Part shown: positions 62,864-64,000 of the stretch, in pieces
Position numbering within the stretch: the first letter of the stretch is position 1
Layout of the letters: the number at the start of each line of letters is the position of its first letter
Source of the DNA: Candidatus Brockarchaeota archaeon
Lineage (GTDB): Archaea; Thermoproteota; EX4484-205; JAAOZP01
NCBI GenBank assembly: GCA_017601225.1
Contig: JAFNIX010000004.1
Span: 4,507-68,506 of the forward strand
Direction of reading: 5' to 3'
Length of the DNA stretch: 64,000 nucleotides
Notes under the pieces: generated by a model
Seen by the model: only the letters and a program-made list of their open reading frames with translations
Databases searched by the model: none
Told to the model about the DNA's origin: nothing
Program-made: the position numbers and the translations under genes

Positions 62864-63978
62864 GACACTGGTTCGAAAACTATTTTAAGCATTCTGGCGT
62901 AATCGTAGGCTTCCCGCATCTCTCTCGCACTAGGCCTCCTAGCAATATCTGGATACGCCTCAGGGTTTCTCGCCACCAGGTAATCTGGATGATACTGGCC
63001 CATTATGTTCACGAGAACATTAGGAGTATTTTCAGATATCCATTTTAAAACAGGCTTAGTGCAACACTCAAGATGGTTAGGCAGAACTAGGTGCCTTATT
63101 ATCATATCGCCGTTCTCATAGGCAATCATATGATTCCTCGCCACAACTTCAAAATATTTTTCAACCCTTGAAAGCCTTCTTGCACAATCGTCGCTGCCAT
63201 ACTTGAAGTCTGGAAGCCATATGTCTATTACTTCAGCCAAGAGCTTCATGGTCTCAGTGCTGCAATACATGTTGCTGTTCCAGAGCTGTGGAATGTTTAC
63301 ATCCAAGTGCTTAAGGGAAGAGAGTATTGTGTGGAGATTCGGCGTCGGGTCTCCGCCCACATAGTTTATGTTTGCAGCATTCTCGGAGCTAAGCCTCTTG
63401 CTTATTAAGGCGAGCGTTCTCGGATTAACCTCGCCACCGTTACCAGGGTCTGAAGAGATATCCCAGTTCTGACAGTAGACGCAAGGCCCAAAGTTGCAGC
63501 CTGCGAAGAATATTGTTCCAGAGCCTCCCTCACCTATTAACGGAGCCTCCTCCCCGAAGTGGTGGAACCATGTTGAAACCCTGCTTACATACCCTACTCT
63601 GCAGAACCCTAGTTCCCCCCTCCTCCGGTTAACCATGCATCTTCTCTCGCAGAACTCACAGTGTTCGAGAATCCTTTCGGAGAGTGCTATCTTAACGTCA
63701 AGGAAGCTTACTTCTGCGGGAAAGGTCTCGTATGCCCCACCTGTCTTCACAGACTCGTGAGCCTTCCTGAACTCTGAGCTAAGGTCCTCGTGAAGTCTCC
63801 ACAGCTCCTCCTCCTTCATGCTCTCTAGATCCTTAAACTTGACTTGAGCCGGGATGCTTTTAGCTGTTAGGTATTTGGCTGGCTTAAGATTCTTCATGAC
63901 CGCCCTATACCACGAGAGCCTTTTCTGAACATCCTTATTGTTCCACACTGTTATCGCATCGCTTCTGAGAACCCACAT
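62860..63978 (-). CDS. Radical SAM protein, PflX-like (pyruvate formate-lyase activase-related) with an extra N-terminal Cys cluster
   Basis: 372 aa. The motif FFAGCNFGPCVYCQNWDIS is a Cys triad with C-x4-C-x2-C spacing. An upstream cluster reads CEFCERRCMVNRRRGELGFC. Its stop overlaps the moaA stop in the palindrome CTAG at 62860-62863. Confidence 0.6.
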   Translation of the reverse strand: MWVLRSDAITVWNNKDVQKRLSWYRAVMKNLKPAKYLTAKSIPAQVKFKDLESMKEEELWRLHEDLSSEFRKAHESVKTGGAYETFPAEVSFLDVKIALSERILEHCEFCERRCMVNRRRGELGFCRVGYVSRVSTWFHHFGEEAPLIGEGGSGTIFFAGCNFGPCVYCQNWDISSDPGNGGEVNPRTLALISKRLSSENAANINYVGGDPTPNLHTILSSLKHLDVNIPQLWNSNMYCSTETMKLLAEVIDIWLPDFKYGSDDCARRLSRVEKYFEVVARNHMIAYENGDMIIRHLVLPNHLECCTKPVLKWISENTPNVLVNIMGQYHPDYLVARNPEAYPDIARRPSAREMREAYDYARMLKIVFEPVS

Positions 63979-64000
63979 CCGACGCCGAACATAAAGCAGT

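Noticed and set aside
1-64000. Search for CRISPR arrays, tRNA/rRNA genes, IS elements/transposases, integrases, toxin-antitoxin pairs or known defence genes.
   Set aside because: I saw no regularly spaced direct repeats, no tRNA-like T-arm/acceptor patterns in intergenic regions, and no ORF with DDE/tyrosine-recombinase, PIN, HEPN or similar motifs. This was a visual scan only, so small RNAs could have been missed.

Overview
The window looks like an archaeal chromosome segment, probably from a thermophile. Evidence: AT-rich TATA-like boxes 20-35 nt upstream of start codons, many overlapping ATGA/ATGAnTAG gene junctions, tungsten AOR-family enzymes, DhnA-type class I aldolases and MoaA/MoaD. 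No finer taxonomic call is possible from sequence alone. The segment is about 90% coding, with 45 supportable protein genes. I found no rRNA, tRNA, CRISPR array, transposase or integrase. Layout: (i) 1-15.1 kb is a glycan-degradation cluster (PIG-L deacetylase, GH38 alpha-mannosidase, two Cys-motif hydrolase-like paralogs, GH2, a clan GH-A hydrolase, sugar isomerase and oxidoreductase genes, and a UROD-like gene). (ii) 15.2-26.3 kb holds a three-gene membrane module preceded by an ABC-2 ATPase/permease pair. (iii) 26.4-38.0 kb holds two AOR genes with an aldolase-polyferredoxin fusion, an apparently dead aldolase paralog, a PK_C-like protein, MoaD-like protein, class II aldolase and LarA-like racemase. 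(iv) 38.1-46.0 kb holds PadR, three ABC exporter pairs and a rhomboid protease. (v) 46.1-53.2 kb holds GH4, a Cys-rich miniprotein, MFS, a UROD-like gene, a BNR/sialidase-like protein and a beta-propeller protein. (vi) 53.2-61.8 kb is a second, strongly diverged copy of the three-gene module. (vii) 61.9-64.0 kb holds MoaA and a PflX-like radical SAM gene. The most interesting signal is the twice-occurring module. It consists of a ~660-694 aa polytopic membrane protein (B), then a ~1500 aa protein (C), then a ~640 aa polytopic membrane protein (A) translationally coupled to C. Protein C fuses a transferrin-receptor/GCPII-like PA plus M28-like ectodomain, with key catalytic residues substituted, to a MacB/FtsX-type permease and a novel cytoplasmic tail. 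C has no ATPase domain. I cannot assign this trio to any described system.
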